From: Candidatus Aenigmatarchaeota archaeon
GTDB lineage: Archaea; Aenigmatarchaeota; Aenigmatarchaeia; PWEA01
Direction: 5' to 3'
Assembly: GCA_003554845.1 (NCBI GenBank)
Contig: PWHK01000019.1
Span: 2,189 to 34,188 of the forward strand
DNA length: 32,000 nucleotides
Shown here: one piece after another, positions 31,788-32,000 of the stretch
Layout of the letters: the number at the start of each line of letters is the position of its first letter
Position numbering within the stretch: the stretch's first letter is position 1
Translations under genes and position numbers: made by a program
The notes under the pieces: generated by a model
The model's input: the letters and a program-made list of their open reading frames with translations, nothing else
What the model was told of the DNA's origin: nothing
Databases searched by the model: none

Positions 31788-32000
31788 TCAGTTTAAAACA
31801 TTTATTTCCATTTCTTCGGCTTTTTCAATGATCTTCTTTCTTTTTCTTTTTCCGATATTCGAGCTTATTCTTGCTGCTTCCCTTTCTTTGTCTATCTTCT
31901 GGAGATCGTCGATGTTTCTAACTAAAACTTCATAGTAGCCCGATGGGTGCATTCCCTTGTTTTGGCTACCGTATCCGGGTGAAGGTTTTATTCCATGTCC
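31788..32000 (-). CDS. rpl32e: 50S ribosomal protein L32e (eL32), 5' part outside the window
   Basis: My translation of the minus strand gives GHGIKPSPGYGSQNKGMHPSGYYEVLVRNIDDLQKIDKEREAARISSNIGKRKRKKIIEKAEEMEINVLN, followed by a stop. This matches the L32e C-terminal region, and the gene sits in the expected position upstream of L19e. Confidence 0.85.
   Translation of the reverse strand, partial: GHGIKPSPGYGSQNKGMHPSGYYEVLVRNIDDLQKIDKEREAARISSNIGKRKRKKIIEKAEEMEINVLN

Noticed and set aside
1-32000. I looked for a CRISPR array, transposase or integrase, toxin-antitoxin pairs or other defence-island signatures.
   Set aside because: I saw no regularly spaced direct repeats and no ORFs with recognisable nuclease, integrase or transposase motifs. 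tRNA genes are not flanked by attachment-like direct repeats. The only exact repeats are the promoter module and the 13-nt gene-junction cassette.

Overview
This window is an archaeal chromosomal segment of about 42% GC with a strongly acidic predicted proteome, consistent by inference with a small-genome halophilic, Nanohaloarchaeota/DPANN-like lineage. From 12.1 kb to 32 kb almost everything is on the minus strand and is core information-processing machinery. In transcription order it reads: L32e, small Zn-ribbon ORF, L19e, L18, S5, L30, L15, SecY, DUF106/YidC-like, Cbf5, Trm112-like, tRNA-Ser, S13, S4, S11, RpoD, tRNA-Leu, L18e, L13, S9, RpoN, a CARDB-type membrane protein, 5S rRNA, tRNA-Asp, a Cys-rich small protein, tRNA-Lys, RpoH, RpoB'', RpoB', RpoA', RpoA'', NusA, tRNA-Lys. 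The left 12 kb holds four tandem paralogous acidic lipobox surface proteins, tRNA-Val, tRNA-Gly, tRNA-Ser, two methyltransferases, a HAD hydrolase, a ThiI-like protein, PyrG, Mpg glycosylase, S8e, Sm, L37e and aEF-1beta. Four results stand out. (1) Five of the eight tRNA genes are interrupted, with 10 bulge-helix-bulge introns in total. Both tRNA-Ser genes carry three introns at the same three positions (37/38, variable loop, 59/60), and tRNA-Leu has a D-loop intron plus a 37/38 intron. (2) secY is one continuous frame broken only by a single in-frame TAG just before the conserved TM2 segment, although TAG clearly terminates other genes here. (3) The left end carries the tandem array of divergent two-domain, Cys-paired, ISGC-lipobox proteins. 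(4) A 24-nt promoter module is repeated upstream of both the 5S rRNA and a leaderless Trm112-like gene, with identical spacing. I found no CRISPR array, transposase or obvious defence genes.
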